Source of the DNA: Paraspadella gotoi | Taxonomy: Eukaryota > Animalia > Chaetognatha | Reading direction: 5' to 3' | Length of the DNA: 64,000 bases | Assembly (NCBI GenBank): GCA_051294375.1 | Contig: CM119264.1 | Location: 24,034,002 to 24,098,001 of the forward strand | Shown: in pieces, positions 27,873-42,950 of the stretch | How the letters are laid out: each line of letters starts with the position of its first letter | Numbering within the stretch: position 1 is the stretch's first letter | Position numbers and translations under genes: made by a program | Notes under the pieces: generated by a model | Databases searched by the model: none | What the model saw: the letters and a program-made list of their open reading frames with translations, nothing else | What the model was told of the DNA's origin: nothing

Positions 27873-30800
27873 TTAAGGCTGCGGGGCCGATGAGTCCCGA
27901 ATGGACGGCGCGGGCGCGGAGGGGAAGCCCTGGCCGCCAACAAGGCCGTGCGCCGTATTGAAGAGATTGATGGGAGAAGTTCCGTCGGTGATGAGGGTCG
28001 TGTGAAGGCCGAGCGATTGAAGCAGTTTGACCTGAAAGAGATGGGAGGAAAAGGCGTTGACGACTGGCTGCAGAGTACGTAATCGACAATCATAAACATT
28101 AGTAAACGAACATACCAAAACTCGATACAGTAATAAAACCAAGAATTTTTCTACCCTATTCATCCGCACCTGCATATCAGGTCCGGCCTGCGCCATGGCT
28201 TGGATGGTGCTGGAGCCGATAGCATCGACCATCCGCTTGAACTTGTCAGTCTCGATGTCCGAGGATCTCTGCGACTTTTCGATCTCCACGGAATTCTGAA
28301 ATGAAAATGAAAATTTAAAAGAATGCGTTGTAGGGCAGGGGCATTAAGACATATTTCCAAATCCCGCACACCTGCTCTTTGATAAAAGCGAGCTCGGCCT
28401 CCCTGGCGGCGGTGAGTCGCTGCAACTCTGCGTCGGACTCGATCTTGGCCGCCTCGGCTCGCAGCTTTGCTTGATCAACGGCGGCTTGACCTTCGATGAG
28501 GGAAGACTCGGCTCGCGACTGAGCTTCCGCTTTCGCTTGACCTGGACACGGGCAAGAGGGATCGAAGGAGGGAAAAGGAAGTCGATAGTAATCAAATCGG
28601 TCAATTCGAACAAGGCAATAAAAATAGACTAATTAAACGAACCGGTGCTCTCGATGGCGGCCGAGAGAGCTTGGAGTTGCAAGAGCTTCTCCTTGGATTT
28701 CTCTGCCTCCGCTTCGTCCTCGATCTTCTGTCGCTCCAGTCGGCCTCGGGCTTCTTGTTCCAGCCGCTCTGCTTCGTGGCGGGCGGCCGCTTCTTGGCTG
28801 CCGAGAGAAATACGAAGATTAGTCACCTTCAAAATCGCCCTCCAAACCACCCAGCCTTTCACCCACCTATTGGTGGTGATTTCGATGGCGAGTTGGACCG
28901 ACTTCATGAGCGAGTCGCGCGTGCGCTGATCGACGGGTTCGACCGATTGAATATCGATATTTGTCACCGTCAAAGTGTTTTGGGGAAAAGTAAGTTTCTC
29001 GCGGACTTTTTGTTGCTCGTCCATCCCAAAGACAGCTTGACGAATTATCTTGGCCGAATGCCTGTTGAAGAGAAGATTAAAGACTAACCTCAATGAATAG
29101 GTTAAGTTTCTTCCGGACAAAATGACATAGCAGGAAGCTACAAGGAGATCCACTAAAACCGACCAAAAGATATTGTCATGATATAGTTTTTATTAGTAAG
29201 AAACGTATTAAAAAAATTTTTGTGCCCGTCTTATAAAACATGACAGTCACAGTCATAGTGCAAAAAATTGAAATTTTTCGGCGGGAAAGAATCTTGATTT
29301 TTTTTCTTTTGAACAAAACTAATTAGACTAATTACCCTATTAAAGTTTCTTGACTAATTTTCATGCCACCGACCATGCCACCAATGGTCGACCTGCTACA
29401 AAACTAAAAGCCCCTGACTTTGTCCGGCTCATAAAAAAAATTACAATAGACTAGACCTGCATTAAAGAGCAGAAAAGCAGAACGTTTTGGAAGCTCAAAT
29501 GATTTGAACAAAGACGATGACGACGACGAAGAATACAACGACGAGGTCTTTGTACTTTGTGATCCGTAGTATTGTAGTGGTCAATAAGAATGACCTGTTC
29601 TTACCCGAACATAAATGACCTTGTTATGGCTGACCTTTTTCAGCCAATGTAAATACTAGTTATTTTTATCGTTTTTGCTTTTTACTCAGTTTTTGATAAT
29701 GAATTTGATAATGAATTTTCAAAGAATTTGAAAATCAGAAAACTTGAAAAAGCGATCTGACTTGCTAGGGGGGGCAAACACCTTGATTTTGCAATAGGAT
29801 GAGGGTACTCCAAAAAACTTTCATGACTTGTGATTGTTTTGCCATGTTAATGAAGTTGTATTCAAATTGGCTACTGAGCTATTAAAATTCTTTTGATCTC
29901 GTGTAAATATTTGGATGTGATTTGAAGGGGGAAAAATCCACAATTCCTTCCTTCCTCCCAATAGACCGACCTGTGAAAGTCGTCAAATCTGCACTGAGCT
30001 ACGGCGCCCCGAACCCGAGAAGCGATGGCCTTGCAGAGATCCCCGACAAAATCAGGAACGGCGAAAATCTTGTGATCGTCTTCGCCTGGCGATACCTAGT
30101 CGGAATAAGAAGGATTCTTGTTGATTGCCATTTATTTTCAATTTGAAAATTTAGCGGTAGATCTCAAATATTGTGGTCAAGTGGTTTTATTAGCTAGATC
30201 TATAGAGCCAATTTTTGGAAGAACGGAAAGCGAGGGAGGGAAGTGAACTAATTTCAAACTAACTGCAATATATACACCATTAATTTCCAGAAAGCCCTCA
30301 ACACCACACTTCACGCCACAAAGGGGCAACTTACCAAAGGTGCCTACCCCGAAAAATAAAGTTTTAAATTTCAGTTATAAGCAAGGCGCGACTTTCGTCC
30401 TTCAATACAATGGTTAAATAATGCACCTGAAAATGCCAATTGTAGGAAAGCTGAAGCTGCAGCCTGGCGTGGTCGGACGTTTCGACGACGACGATGTCGG
30501 TGCAAAAGTCGGGACCCAACATTAAGCACAGTGCCTGACACAATGAAAATAAAAAGTCTAAACGGTTATAAAATTTAATTAAAATCGCTCCGAGAACTTC
30601 TTATTCACAACTTTACCTGAATTTGTCCTGGCTTCTTGGGTTTTCCGCCGGATAGGCTGAGACGAGTGAACTGCTCGTCGGGTCCGAGCATGACCAGTTC
30701 TGGGCCATAGACAACCCGGGACCGCTTCTCTTTGTAATCGTAAATCTGGAAAAAGATGGATCGATTGAGACGAGCGTGTGCGGGGGAACTTGGATCCGGA

Positions 30801-33800
30801 AAATGCGGGACAAATTGATTTTATGTTGGAGCTCGTCGTTGTCGCACCTGCACCGCAGCGTTGTGTGGGACCCGGTAGGTGACGACCTTCGTCTTGTCTC
30901 GCGCCACCATCGGCATCTTGGCTCCGTGGTGGAGGCGGTCGGCAATTGGGTCTTTCGCCGAACTGAGGAGGCCTTGGGAGAGGAGATAAGGAGGAAGATG
31001 TTATGACCGGAGAAAGACTAGGTTGAGGCGGTGAATAGTTAAGGGCCACGAGGTTAAATTAAAATGGCAAGAGGAAGAATCAAAAATTAATTCGCGTTTA
31101 ATAAACTAAACTAGACTTTCGTCCGAACTTCTGCAACGGAGAATAAAAAACGGTGAAGTGAGTTAAAATTAACGTTAAATTTATTCAACTACAATTTTGA
31201 ACTCCGAAGCTCTGAGGGACGAAGCTCTGCATGGGCATTCGGTCGGCGGCGGGGACAGGAACGGCAACACGACCTTCGACTTCGTCGGGAAGTTCTTTCT
31301 CCCACAGTTCCTCCGTCTCCTTTAACATGTACGTCTGCCCGATGATCGCGCGGACCTGAAATGGAGGGTGGCGGTGGAGGGTGAGGCAGATCGAATCACG
31401 AAGAATTCTCGAGATTAAAAAACTGACCTGGCCCGTCTTGATGTCCCTGACGTAGATTCCCTCGTTCTCGTCGAGGGGGACCGCTCGTCTCTTGGCCAGA
31501 ACCTCCACCTCTACCGGTGGGGTATACTCGACGGGTCCGCGGATCATCCAACGGTCACCAGGCTGATGATCCTTGAAGGGCTCGATGCATCTTGAAGGCG
31601 AAAATGGAATAGCTTTGAAAAGATATTAGGAAAAGAGAATAGAGGAGAAATGAACTCTCAACCTGATCACAAGTCCGTCTTCTTCGCTGAGGACAAAGAC
31701 GTTTTGAATTCCCTTCTCCAACTTTTCGCCGGGCCTAAGCGCAAACAAATAGGTCAAAATGAAATTTATGTTAAGTTGTTGCCGGCATCAACTTTTTGAA
31801 GACTCTTTCGCTCACATCAAAAAGAAATTGGCGGGACCAGAGATCATCTTCTTTTTGCCGAGTTGGTTCCTTCCTGTCCCTTCGTCCACCGGGTCGAGGA
31901 TGACGCAGTACTGGCGAGAGTTTAGCGTCGTGATTCGGACCTGGGAGAAAATACAAGTGGTTCCAGTAGGAGGAATAGGTCCAGAATGGTAAGGGTGTAA
32001 GAGAAGAGATTCTTAGAATATTACTAAATGAGATCGAGTTCATCAAGTATATAGTAGTAAATATTTTTAAGTACCATTATGTTCTGTTTTATTATTAAGC
32101 ATATTTTCGGTTTTACAGTGCCTTTCTATGTTGTTTAGTAGTTTAATTGGGTCATAGATGATTTTGTGATATTTTAAGAGAATAATTAGGACATTTACGA
32201 TTGAGAGTTTATCTGTAACCTTGTATTATTCCGAGGTGAAATCAATGATCAGCTTGGATCAAGGGATTCACTCTCAAGTCCTTGTTCAATGTATACATTA
32301 AGTATTAAAAGATAAATAATGCTTATATTTAAATTCAATTATTTAGCTATATAGCTAGGTAAATATATAATATATATATATTTATATAATTATATATTAT
32401 TTGTTACTTCTTCCTATTTGAAGAAAATCTGAGCCCCACTCCTATCGTTGTGCATCGGGTTGTGGAAAATAAAGATCCCAGAAAGCCGTATTATATTTAA
32501 TATATATATTAATATTTTCAGTACTCACCTCTCCGACGACCTCTTCGTAAATGTTGGGAATGTGCGTTTCGGAGTCGGTCATTTTTATGAGCCACTCGTC
32601 GCCGCACTTGCGCTCTTTGCCGAAATCATCGTTAAAAGTTCTTAAAACGAAAATAACGATAACTATTTTATGAATTACGGACATTCTGTTATATATTTTG
32701 GTCCATCTTTGAAATGAGCCTAATAAAAATCATTACATCTCTAGAGACCCCGAACCCCTTTTTACCTAATGGCCCTCATGTGCAAGGCCTTTTTTTCGGT
32801 GAGCACATAGGCGTTGACGATCTCAAGGAACTCTTCATAAGGGCCGGGCATGTAGGCGCCCGTCCTTTTGTGCAACCACTCCTCCCCTGTAACCCGAGCG
32901 TTTCCATCGCGGTCTACGGTCTCTTTGCGGGCGCGCAGGCGGATCGCCTGATTAGCATGGCAGGTGACCGCCTGTTCAATAGGGAGGGAGAAAAAAAAAG
33001 CAATGGTAAGTACTAAGAGTTTTTCAATACCGGTGGTGATTCATTTACCAGAGTAGGAAGAACAGACTGAAGGGAGAAGGGGTTTATCTCCATTGACAGG
33101 AGTTTAAAAGCTAAAAGTTAAAGAAAGATAAAAAAAAAGGTTTAAATAAAAAAATCGTAACGCTTGACAAGATAAAGGGCATCTCAACGAGTGGAGATGA
33201 CAAGAATTTAAAAAAAGGCAGCTCATTGCACGCTCTTCACCTTGGAATAAAACGATTAAAAGAAAACTCGACTTGAAGGTGGAATATTAATTAATTATAC
33301 CTTACCCACTAAAAGATACCGAGAAATAAGGTCGAGAGAAAATTTACAACAATAACAAAGTCAAAAGGAAGGAAATTCGAACAAAACTAAACATTCACGA
33401 CGCATACTCTCTCCAACAATGCGCTAAAATGGTAAACGTGAGGAGAATGAATCGGCGAACCAATTTTATGGGAGGAGATTGAAAAGACGGTGAAAATATC
33501 TCAAGCGAGATATTTTCCTCTCAGACAGAAAACGTGAATAGAAAGATAAACGGAATCGTTACGATTCTCAAGAAAACTAAGAATAGGCGATTTGCAAGTT
33601 TGCTCTCTTTGGACACTCATTCCAACACGCCCGTCCGTCCCCGACCCACTCGGATGTCCTCGAGCACTTTCTCCTCCTTCCGAGGGATGTAAGTGCCTGG
33701 GCCTTCGAAGAGCCACTCGTCTCCCGCGATTCGCTGGCGTCGCGTTTTCTTGGCTTTCCCGTCCGTCCCTCGCTCTTCCACGTCGTGCTCGAAGTCGAGC

Positions 33801-34624
33801 ACCGCCTGGATTAAAAGAGGGCGATCAATGGTAAAACTAAAAAGCTCAAGATTTAAATCAAACAGTGATAGAAAGTAACCTAATATGTCTTACTCTAATA
33901 TACGCGATAAACGCTGGAATTCGATTTGAATCAGGTATTCACCAATCTCCAATTAATGCCGTAATTGCTAACTCATTCTACGTATGTAGATTCTAGAACC
34001 TACATATGTTGTCTAACGGAGGGGCATCCTATATTATTATTTATTGTTGACCTTATGTTTAGTGGTAGAATGCTCGCATTGTTCTTTTTGCTGTTCTACT
34101 TGATAATGTTTATGAATTAATATAAAGAGAAGCAATAGTGGTCAATTACATTATTTATTGTATTATCAACTTAACATTATTATTATTATTACACAAGATA
34201 CATAATGGTTATTATATTATAAGTGGTAAGCTAAGAAAAGGGCATAGTGGTTCAAACCGACCCTGAAATCCTAGCTGATTAATAGCTAGGCCTTTGACAA
34301 TAACAATCTTCTATCAAACATGAGCCAGTCTCCCAGAACAAGAAAAATACTTCCATTTATAAAGCGACAATACTACTATGAAATATTTGAATAATAATTG
34401 GAAAACTAAAACATTATTAAAACCTATTAAAACTATTGCCAAAACCGTAAAATAAGACTATTATGAAAACTGTATCAAAAGATATGAGAAATGGTCCAAA
34501 CTACTACAATATGTAAATGAGATTGAAGAACTCAATCTCATTTGAAATGAACCACAAATTATTCTGCTACAGTTGGACTCATACCTAATAATAATTCGGC
34601 GGTCAGAATACAAATTTCTTTCTC

Positions 34625-34670
<46 letters not shown>

Positions 34671-35613
34671 TCTCTCTCTCTCCCTCTCTCAGCGCAGTGA
34701 CAGTAATAGCAAACTTTTTCAGTCCCTCAACTTAGTTTTCGCGGGTCAAAATCGGTTTTTCAACGAAGAACTCGCAATTTTCCCTCGACCAAAATTCTGG
34801 TGAGGCATTTGTTCGCGTGCATCGTTCGATCTTCTAATTTCTAACGAACCCAGAGTCATCTCTACCACGTTTTCACTCACCATGAGCCTGACGGCGCTGT
34901 TGGCAGGCACGACTCGAAGGGCGGAGACAGACATTTTGATGGATTCGCCCGGGTAGAGAGGGAACGGCTCCTGCGCCAACCGAATATCAGTGTCGCCATG
35001 ACGGAGCTTCACCTGGCCTGAAAGAACCGGGGAAAAATGAGCGATCAAAACTCAAATTGCTCCTTGCAGTTTTCGTAGGAATTTAGAGCGCGACTTCTTC
35101 GTCGATAAAGTTAACATTCTAAATGAAAAAGCCTTTGGCATTTTTTTTTCATCAGAAGCCCTTCGAAATCTCCCCCTCATCTTTCAACTGAAAAAAAGGA
35201 TTTAAAGGAGTTAAAATTCTATTGCATTTGTTGATTTTAAATGAGAACAACTCTGATGTCCAGAGTTCGGATCCAAAACTTAGATTTTAAATAGATTGGC
35301 GAAATTATTTTAAATTTATAATAATAATAAGTTTTGATAAAAAAAGTTTAGTTTTAACCTGTTAAATAACGAAATATCTGTAAAGTAATGTCCGATGAAC
35401 AGTGAATAACCTTTGATCACAGTTCTTTCATTTGCAAACCAATCAGGACAAATTGATCGAATGCCTCCGTTAATCCAATTTCGCCCGGCTCGTCTCGAAG
35501 GACTAAACCTTTTCTCTCCTTAACCTCTCAATCTTCAACTTCGTCGTGTTATTCGAGGAAGAGCGAAGTGCAGTGGCCGAAAAAAAGGATTTTTATTTTT
35601 AAACTAACCCCCA

Positions 35614-35664
<51 letters not shown>

Positions 35665-38600
35665 GAATTATCAACAACTTAGAATTTCAAAAACATCCTC
35701 GATCTCCGAAATTTTACAAAAAAGCGACAGCATCGCAGTTCGCCCTGGCTTAAATGTCTTAAATTCACTACAATTAATTCTGTTTAGCGTCTCCTTCCGA
35801 TCGATCTCAGGTCTAATTGTTTGGCGTTTTTCCGCACCATCCTACTTTGAAAACAGAACAAGCTCTTTCGTCTTGCTTCGTCTCTCTTGTCTCACTCCCC
35901 AAAGTCCTTCATTTTCCGAAAAACGCCGAGGCTTTTTCGCTTCAATCGCAAAAAGAGGGGTGGACAACCACATTTTTTGCCTTCTCTCTTTTCATCCAAA
36001 ACCAAAACCGAGAAGTTGCGAAATAAAGAGAAGACCTCCCCCGAAAAAAAATAGGAAAATCGACTCGACTTTAAAAATGAAAATTTTTTTTATCTCGTCA
36101 TAAACTGAGAAATTAGCTAAAAAAACATTGAATATTTAATCATGGATTCTCATGTATCAGTTCACGACATTGATGTCAGAGTAAGTAATATTTTGAACAA
36201 TACGATATTTTGGTATTACTTAGTATTCTTTAAAAATAGATTATTGACTATTTAAAGGTCACCTAGTCAATTCATTAAGTGAAAATAATGCTTATTACAA
36301 TATTTATCACACACGAGTTTGTAATTTCTCCGCCAAATCGTTTTGACTCAGGCCGACATTTCACCAGAAAGGGTTTCGCAAGAATTGGACGAAGTCATTC
36401 ACTCTTACGAGTCGATGCCGCCGTCGCCTTCGCCTCCGCCAAGTGGGGCCGTCTCCTACGCAAACGCTTCTTTTGAGGACGACGACAAAATCAAAAACGG
36501 ATCGATTAACGAGAATAACAACAACAGGAGAAAGAAGCGGGGGAAAGACATGAAAAAGGGTCAGTGATAGAGCGAAACGACACCCGAGTTAAAAATTTTC
36601 CAATATACGAGTTAAACCGCCTTTTCTCATGAAATGACAGCCCATTTCTCATTTTCCAACAGCATGTACCTTCGATTCTCCATCGGCCAAGGACTCACAA
36701 AATTATTTTTTCAATTATACAGAAATGGAAAACCTGGTACGAGAGCAAGAGCGGGCGACGGAAATCGCACCTAAAAGCCCCGGGAGAAGGAGAAACGCTA
36801 AGGATTATCTTAAAATCGTTGTCATTGCGGTCACAATCTTAGTTTTCGTCCTTAACGTAGGACCTTTCAACCGATTCGAAGGCAATGATTAAAAGATTTT
36901 TGCCCAAAACAGCTAAGACAGTTTTGCTTTTAGCCCCATCAACTTTGCAGGAAACCCTCTGTTTAACCAAACAAGAGGTCAAGCGTCGCGAAAGTACAAA
37001 CTGGCTCTCACTCCTGTTCCTATTGTGTTCCGCATCATCTGGCCAGTTATCTACGTATTCCAAGGTCTTTGGATGGGGCTTTGCATCGTCGCTATCTTCA
37101 CAAAAACCAAGAAGTTTGCCTTCATAGGTATATTTTGTCTTAGAAAAATCCGTACGTCTAATTACGTAGAACATTTTAATATTCACTACTACATATTACA
37201 TACTACATAGTAGCAAAGATTTAAAAACATGGATCCTCCCTTAAAAAATTAACTAAAACACAGCGTATTTTTTTCTCAAGAATACCGCGTTCACTATTTC
37301 AGACGGCACGAGACACAGCCACTTGACATATCTTCATCTATATCCAGACGTCTTCCCCGTCACAGCTTTAATCAGTTACATTCTCGGACAGTTGGGGATA
37401 ACAGCGTACAAAGTTTGTCTCTGTTTGCGTTATAAAAATTTTCACATAGTTCATTCAATATTTGCTAACGTCCTAATATCTGAAAACAGTTCGTTCACGA
37501 CAAAGAGGAGCTGCTTTTCAGCTTCGTCTGCCTCATTATTTCCTCCGTCTTTTTTCACTTTTCCCTTATCTTCGCCGTTAGAGGTAAATGGTCGTCTACA
37601 TAAATTCTAAAACTTATGAGTGATGAAGTAAAATCAAAAGTAAGCCAACTTTGTTTACACAATTTTTTTTTTAAGCCGTACATCGATCACGCCAATTCAT
37701 GGTTCCGGAAATCGTAGAAGCGCCGCACGCAACGCTATTGCGTTGCTTCGTTTGGGCCCTGTATTTGTTCTACATCAATGGTATCGCCATTCTAGCCACC
37801 TGGCAGCTCGTCGCTTCCGCGTTCAGTAAGATGGAAATGACAAAAATGGCGATTTATACATATAATAAACATTTTATTATCACAGGCCTTGACAAATATC
37901 TCCTCTACTCTCTGTTGTGGAAACCGGAAGTGGCGACGACGATCGCAGTTTGCGTCGTTGACTTTTACGTCGTAGTTTATTTCGTCATTGATGTGTTCGC
38001 CGTAGGTCTGGCGTCGCGAACCCTGTTCGCTTCATACCTGGCGCTATTGGCCGGTGCGTTTGGGACTAATAATAAGCGTTGTTATCTTGGCCAGAATAAA
38101 ACTTATTGATTTGAAGGACAGAAATTGCTTAAGGTCAAAAATATCTTAAATTCGTTGACGGTTGTTGACAAATGACTCGGTAAATCTTGCTCCCCCTTTT
38201 TCTCTAGCATCGATCGGCACCGTGATGAAGCTTTACGTCCCCGGTCTGTGGCGAAACCCCAGCGACGTGACCCGAATCCAAGCCGTCTTTGTCGTCGTCG
38301 TCGCGACCGTGGCCATCTTGGCCAAAATAGTCGTCCTTGTCGCCTCTGGGACCGTCAAGAAATGCCGAGGACGCCAACGACGTCAATCCGAACAAGATTC
38401 CGCTTCCAACGGAATCACAAATTTGTAAAGATTATATTTTTTAAGCCGATTCTATTAACGCGCGACGGATTACAACGTCCTAACAAAGTGATGACAATTT
38501 CGTTCGTCACCGAATAAAACCGTTTATATACTAACACTTTGAAAACAGAATATTAATATTAAAAAAAAAACTTTTCAACTGAATCTAGCGAGATTATCCC

Positions 38601-39752
38601 TTCCCGATCCCCTCCGCCCACCCGCTCCCAATCAGTTCACCGTGCTTGTCGAGAGTGACTTTCCCTTCGGCATCTTTTTCGCAGGGATTCTCTATGACGC
38701 AGTAGTGACGAGGGGGGATGATAACCATCTTTACGGGGCCATCTACGATGCGTTCGTGGTCCTGAATAGGAATAAGAATAAAAATAAGGATGCGGCCTGG
38801 AATTGAGCGACAATACTACTAGGCGAAAGGATTATTAGACTCTTATGAGAATTTGGCAAAATTTGCAGGAACCTGTCTGACGAAGGTCGAAGGGCCAGTG
38901 ACGACTCGAGTCACGTTAGAGTTTTGGTCGAGGACGTGAATGTAGTTATTAGGCAAAATCCTAATCACTGGCGTGTCTGCGTCACCCGATCCTTTAATGA
39001 GAAGAATTAATAGGATTATTTTTTAATACACCGAGTATATTACCTAAGACTAAAAACTAAAAATCAAGAAAGAGTAGACCACAATTTAATTTTCAAGGAA
39101 TATAGTCGGAGAAGTCTGAAAAAAGATTGTTAACTTACATAATTTTTTTAGGTCGGGTAACAAGGGGATAACAAACATGAAATGCAATAAATTTGCTTTT
39201 TGAGTTAACACATTCTTAACATTTTTATATCTACTAGGTGTTCGGTAATCAATATTAGGATCCTAGAAATAGGACGGACAGGACATCAGGAGCAACCGTC
39301 AAACCATTTCTTCTCTCTTGTATAATTGTTTATTATGCCGATAACACATGGGGTATACATTGTTAGTTTCATGCAACTAATTATTTAAAACGGATAATTA
39401 TTTTAATCGTGACAAAAAAGATTTTGCCCCCCATTGAAAAAGACTAAAAAAACTTGAAAGTGTGGTACATATATGATTAATTGATTATTCATAAATGATC
39501 ATAAATGTACTAAAGCGAAATAACCACATCAAAAAATTGAAAAATGGTTTACTTCTTAATTTTTTGCTGAGAGGAGAAACGGAGCGACTTTTGCTGCCCG
39601 CGTCGTAGGAGGGAGAACGAGAGCGCGAACGCCTCCATCGATCTGAGCGGGACGAGCGACACAACCGTGACAAACGTGCGACTGTCCGTGTCAATTGCCA
39701 TCATCGTAAGGAAGTACTTACCGCCACCTCCTCTGCCTGGATGCTTGCTCAT
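27873..39752 (-). CDS. MVP: Major vault protein (multi-exon)
   Basis: [101 protein letters not shown]; first exon [10 protein letters not shown]| splices in phase to the 38993 acceptor. Confidence 0.96.
36142..38428 (+). CDS. Multi-pass membrane protein (TspO-like uncharacterised family) nested antisense in an MVP intron
   Basis: In-phase spliced exons give [13 protein letters not shown]|ADISPE...|[42 protein letters not shown] and further hydrophobic exons to the stop at 38428. Confidence 0.7.
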
Positions 39753-41103
39753 GTTTCTGTGGGCGTGGCTCCGACTTTGTTTTTTGACGATTTCAAGATT
39801 CTGAACAAAGTTTTTTTTTGTCGTGTTTCTCTAAAAAGTAAACGAAAGAAAAATTATTTTCCAAAAAAAAAAAATTAAAATTAAACTTTTCGACCGAAAA
39901 GATTGTTATCGTTCCCTTTCTTAAAGATTTCGTCGACGCCCGCAATCGAGCGAAACAGTGTCAGGGATCCGGTTTTTACACAGAATTAAATGCAGTCGAT
40001 ATTTTTTTGTTTCCCTCCGATTCAATTAAAAATCGAGTTTTGTCTCTCCCGGCATTTCTTTTTTCTCCATGTTCTTTCCCGACTTTAGTAAAAATATTAT
40101 TTAATCATTAAATCCTAATAAAATAACTCAAAAGCCGATAGAACAGAACAGAACACTATCGCACATTATTACACCGTAGCCACACCTTACCTCGTATTGC
40201 GCAATCCGGATCTGCCTTAACTGCGTCGCGATTTCGAAATCTCGAAGGCCCAGACGCCGGTTCGAATTAAGGGCTCGGAGAGATCGTAATCGAGATCAAT
40301 CAATCGATCTTTCGATTATTATCCGGGCGAATCGCGAATCACGGTCGTAGAGTCGAATAGGAAGATCGAGTCCCTGGAATTTGCGTTCGTGTATGAAAGA
40401 AGTTTATCGCGTGACGAACCTCTTAGGTTTCCGACTCTACCTTTCCTTATTTTAAAATTCAAATATAATTATTAACAGTCCAACTGGGACAACTTAAGCA
40501 AGAATACGTATAGGACTTAGATGAACAATAAAAGGGTATTTATAGATCTGTGATTCATAAACGTGAACGTTGCGAGGGTGTAATAGCTCAACGGTGTGAA
40601 TTCTTGCGGATCTTTTGTTTGAAAAAGTCGGCAAAGGCTAAGATCATTAAACTTAATAGAAATTTTGCCTCGAGCGGGAAAACCAAGAAACGAAAAGGCG
40701 CTGTTAAAATTTAACTTAATTTAACTTGAAGTCAATTTAGAAAATGTAACAAGTGACAAGTTGAAAAATTTATTTCATTGGGTCCATTTTCATCAGCGCT
40801 GACGGTCGAATTCCTAGAAAACAAATCGTCTCGAAGGAAAAAGTTGGATGAAATGAAAACAAAAGAACATACGGATAAGAGTTTCTTTATAATTTCGTTA
40901 AAAATGCTCCTTTTATCCGGCTTGGGTCCACAACAGATTACAGAAGTCGTCGATAACACAGTCAAAATTCCATAGTCACAAAGTCACTAGGTTTAAGAGT
41001 TTAACAATAAAGTTTCCGTTCTTTAAGTTTCACGAGCCATCTCAAAGTTTCAAAACGAAATTCTGTCAACAACGAATCGACCAATTCAATAAACTAATAT
41101 TTA

Positions 41104-41606
41104 CAGAAGGCATCATATTAGAAAATGATACGCCGTTTTTTCGAGCGGAGAATCGGTTCCGGAATAACTACAGGACCAAATATGTTGAAATTTTTTATAT
41201 ATGATCCTTAAGGGAATATAAATAGAACTATCGATGTAGAAATATTGTCGTTGTTCAAGGCGAATTTTAATATTTGACCCCGAAGCCGAGATATGGGTCC
41301 CCATGGGGGTTACACACAGGGGTGAAAAAAGGTCAAAATTTTTTATTTTAATTTTTTGATTTTTTTTAGTTTTGAACAGTGGCATAGACGTTTATTTATC
41401 CTGAAAAACGTATTTACATGCAACTAAAGAACTAGTTAACCTTAATTTCTCCTCTCAGGGGTTGAATATAAAAATTCCCCTCGATTCCCCTAATTTGTAT
41501 AGCCAAAGTCTACCTTCATGCCAAATTTGATCAAATTTGATAGTTTGTGCGGAACAGATTCTCGCTCGAAAAAACGGCGTATCATTTTTTAATATGAAGC
41601 ATTCTG
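41104..41606. mobile_element. MITE, copy 2
   Basis: CAGAAGGCATCATATT / AATATGAAGCATTCTG termini; internal similarity to 15377-15944. Confidence 0.7.
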
Positions 41607-41734
41607 CATTATCGTTTTCATTTCGTGTGCCAGCATTAAGTAATGTTTGCGGCCGGACGCCGTCGCAAGGGCGTGGTCGAGTAACACACATCGAGTTATT
41701 ACACTATTTCGGCTCTTCCTTTTTCTTCGCGACG

Positions 41735-42001
41735 TCATTCGTTCTTGACGACGCCGACTTTGGCGGCTCTCAGAGTCCGTTCGTTGAGCGAAAACCCTTT
41801 CTGGGTGACGGTGGCGACGGTGTTGTTCTCCTTGTCAGGCGCCGGGAGTTGGAAGAGCGCCTCGTGAAGGTTGGGGTCGAACTTGTCGCCGACGGAGGGG
41901 GAGATGGGGACGAGGCCGTGGCGGGCGAAGACTGGGAAAACATCGGGGTAGTTTTTTTCTTTACATTTTTTTATTTTGAAAAAAAAAAATCGTCGCTTGT
42001 T

Positions 42002-42041
<40 letters not shown>

Positions 42042-42950
42042 CTTTTTCTTCTTTTCAATTCAAGAAAAGCCCCGTTTTTTCTTCACCTCATCCCTTCTCA
42101 CCGGCCAAAATTTGGGTCTCCGTCATCGCGAGGCCATCGTAAAGATTCTTCAAATCATTGTTGCCTCTAAGCTTCTCTTTGGGCGTAGTCTCTACCGCCT
42201 TCTCCAGAACGTCGGCCACTTCGAGGAGATCCTTGCAGAAGCCTTGGATCCCGAAAACTTTGGCGTCGGATATTTGCTTCTGCAATCGATTCCGGACGTT
42301 CTCCATCTCGGCTAGGAGTTAAAATGTTAACGAAAGCAAAATTGCAAAACCAGGATTAGTTGTCTTCTCACTTCTCACCCAAGCTCCTTTTGTATTTGTC
42401 TTTGTATTCTTCCAGGGATTCGCTCAACTGTTTATTCTCCGCTTGCAACTCCTCGATGACCTCCTGCGACCTCTGCAGCATCTCCGTCGCCTCCTCCGGC
42501 GTTGTCGGCGTCGATCCTTCATTCGTGGGCGACGTCGAGGAAGCGGCGCCGGACGTCGACGGGGGAGCCTCGGACTTCTGCGCCTGATAATTCGAGTGCT
42601 CTTAACCGACTAACCATTTACCAAATAGGAATGTCAAAGGGATTTTATTGAGGTCGCGAGAATCTCGCTAGATGATCCCGGATTTGGTCATTATTTCGTT
42701 TTTGTTATTAAATTAGCATTATCTTTTGTGCATCTCTCTTGCTCAACATAACAGACAGGACCTGTGTGAAGAGTCCATAAAATCTCGAGGCTCTTAACGC
42801 CGGGTTGGTGCCGACGCCGTCGACGAATGACGGGCGAAAATTTGAAGCGATCAGCGGCGCCGGGCGGGAGGACGCCGCCGATTCAGCGTGGCGGAGCATC
42901 GACGCCGCTGAACGCGATGCCCTCAGGCAGTGATGCGCGACAGAGGCCAT
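41735..42950 (-). CDS. GRPEL1: Mitochondrial GrpE nucleotide exchange factor (multi-exon)
   Basis: Arg/Ser/Ala-rich presequence; AEMENVRNR, FGIQGFCKDLLEVAD, FDPNLHEALF, GFSLNERTLRAAKVGV. Confidence 0.94.

Noticed and set aside
40575-40620. Vault RNA upstream of MVP (TAGCTCAACGGT resembles a vtRNA A box, followed by a T run)
   Set aside because: No B box or terminal stem, and too short
42004-42041. Long poly(T)/poly(A) tract with Lys- or Phe-run ORFs
   Set aside because: It lies in a GrpE intron; simple homopolymer with no TSD or element body seen
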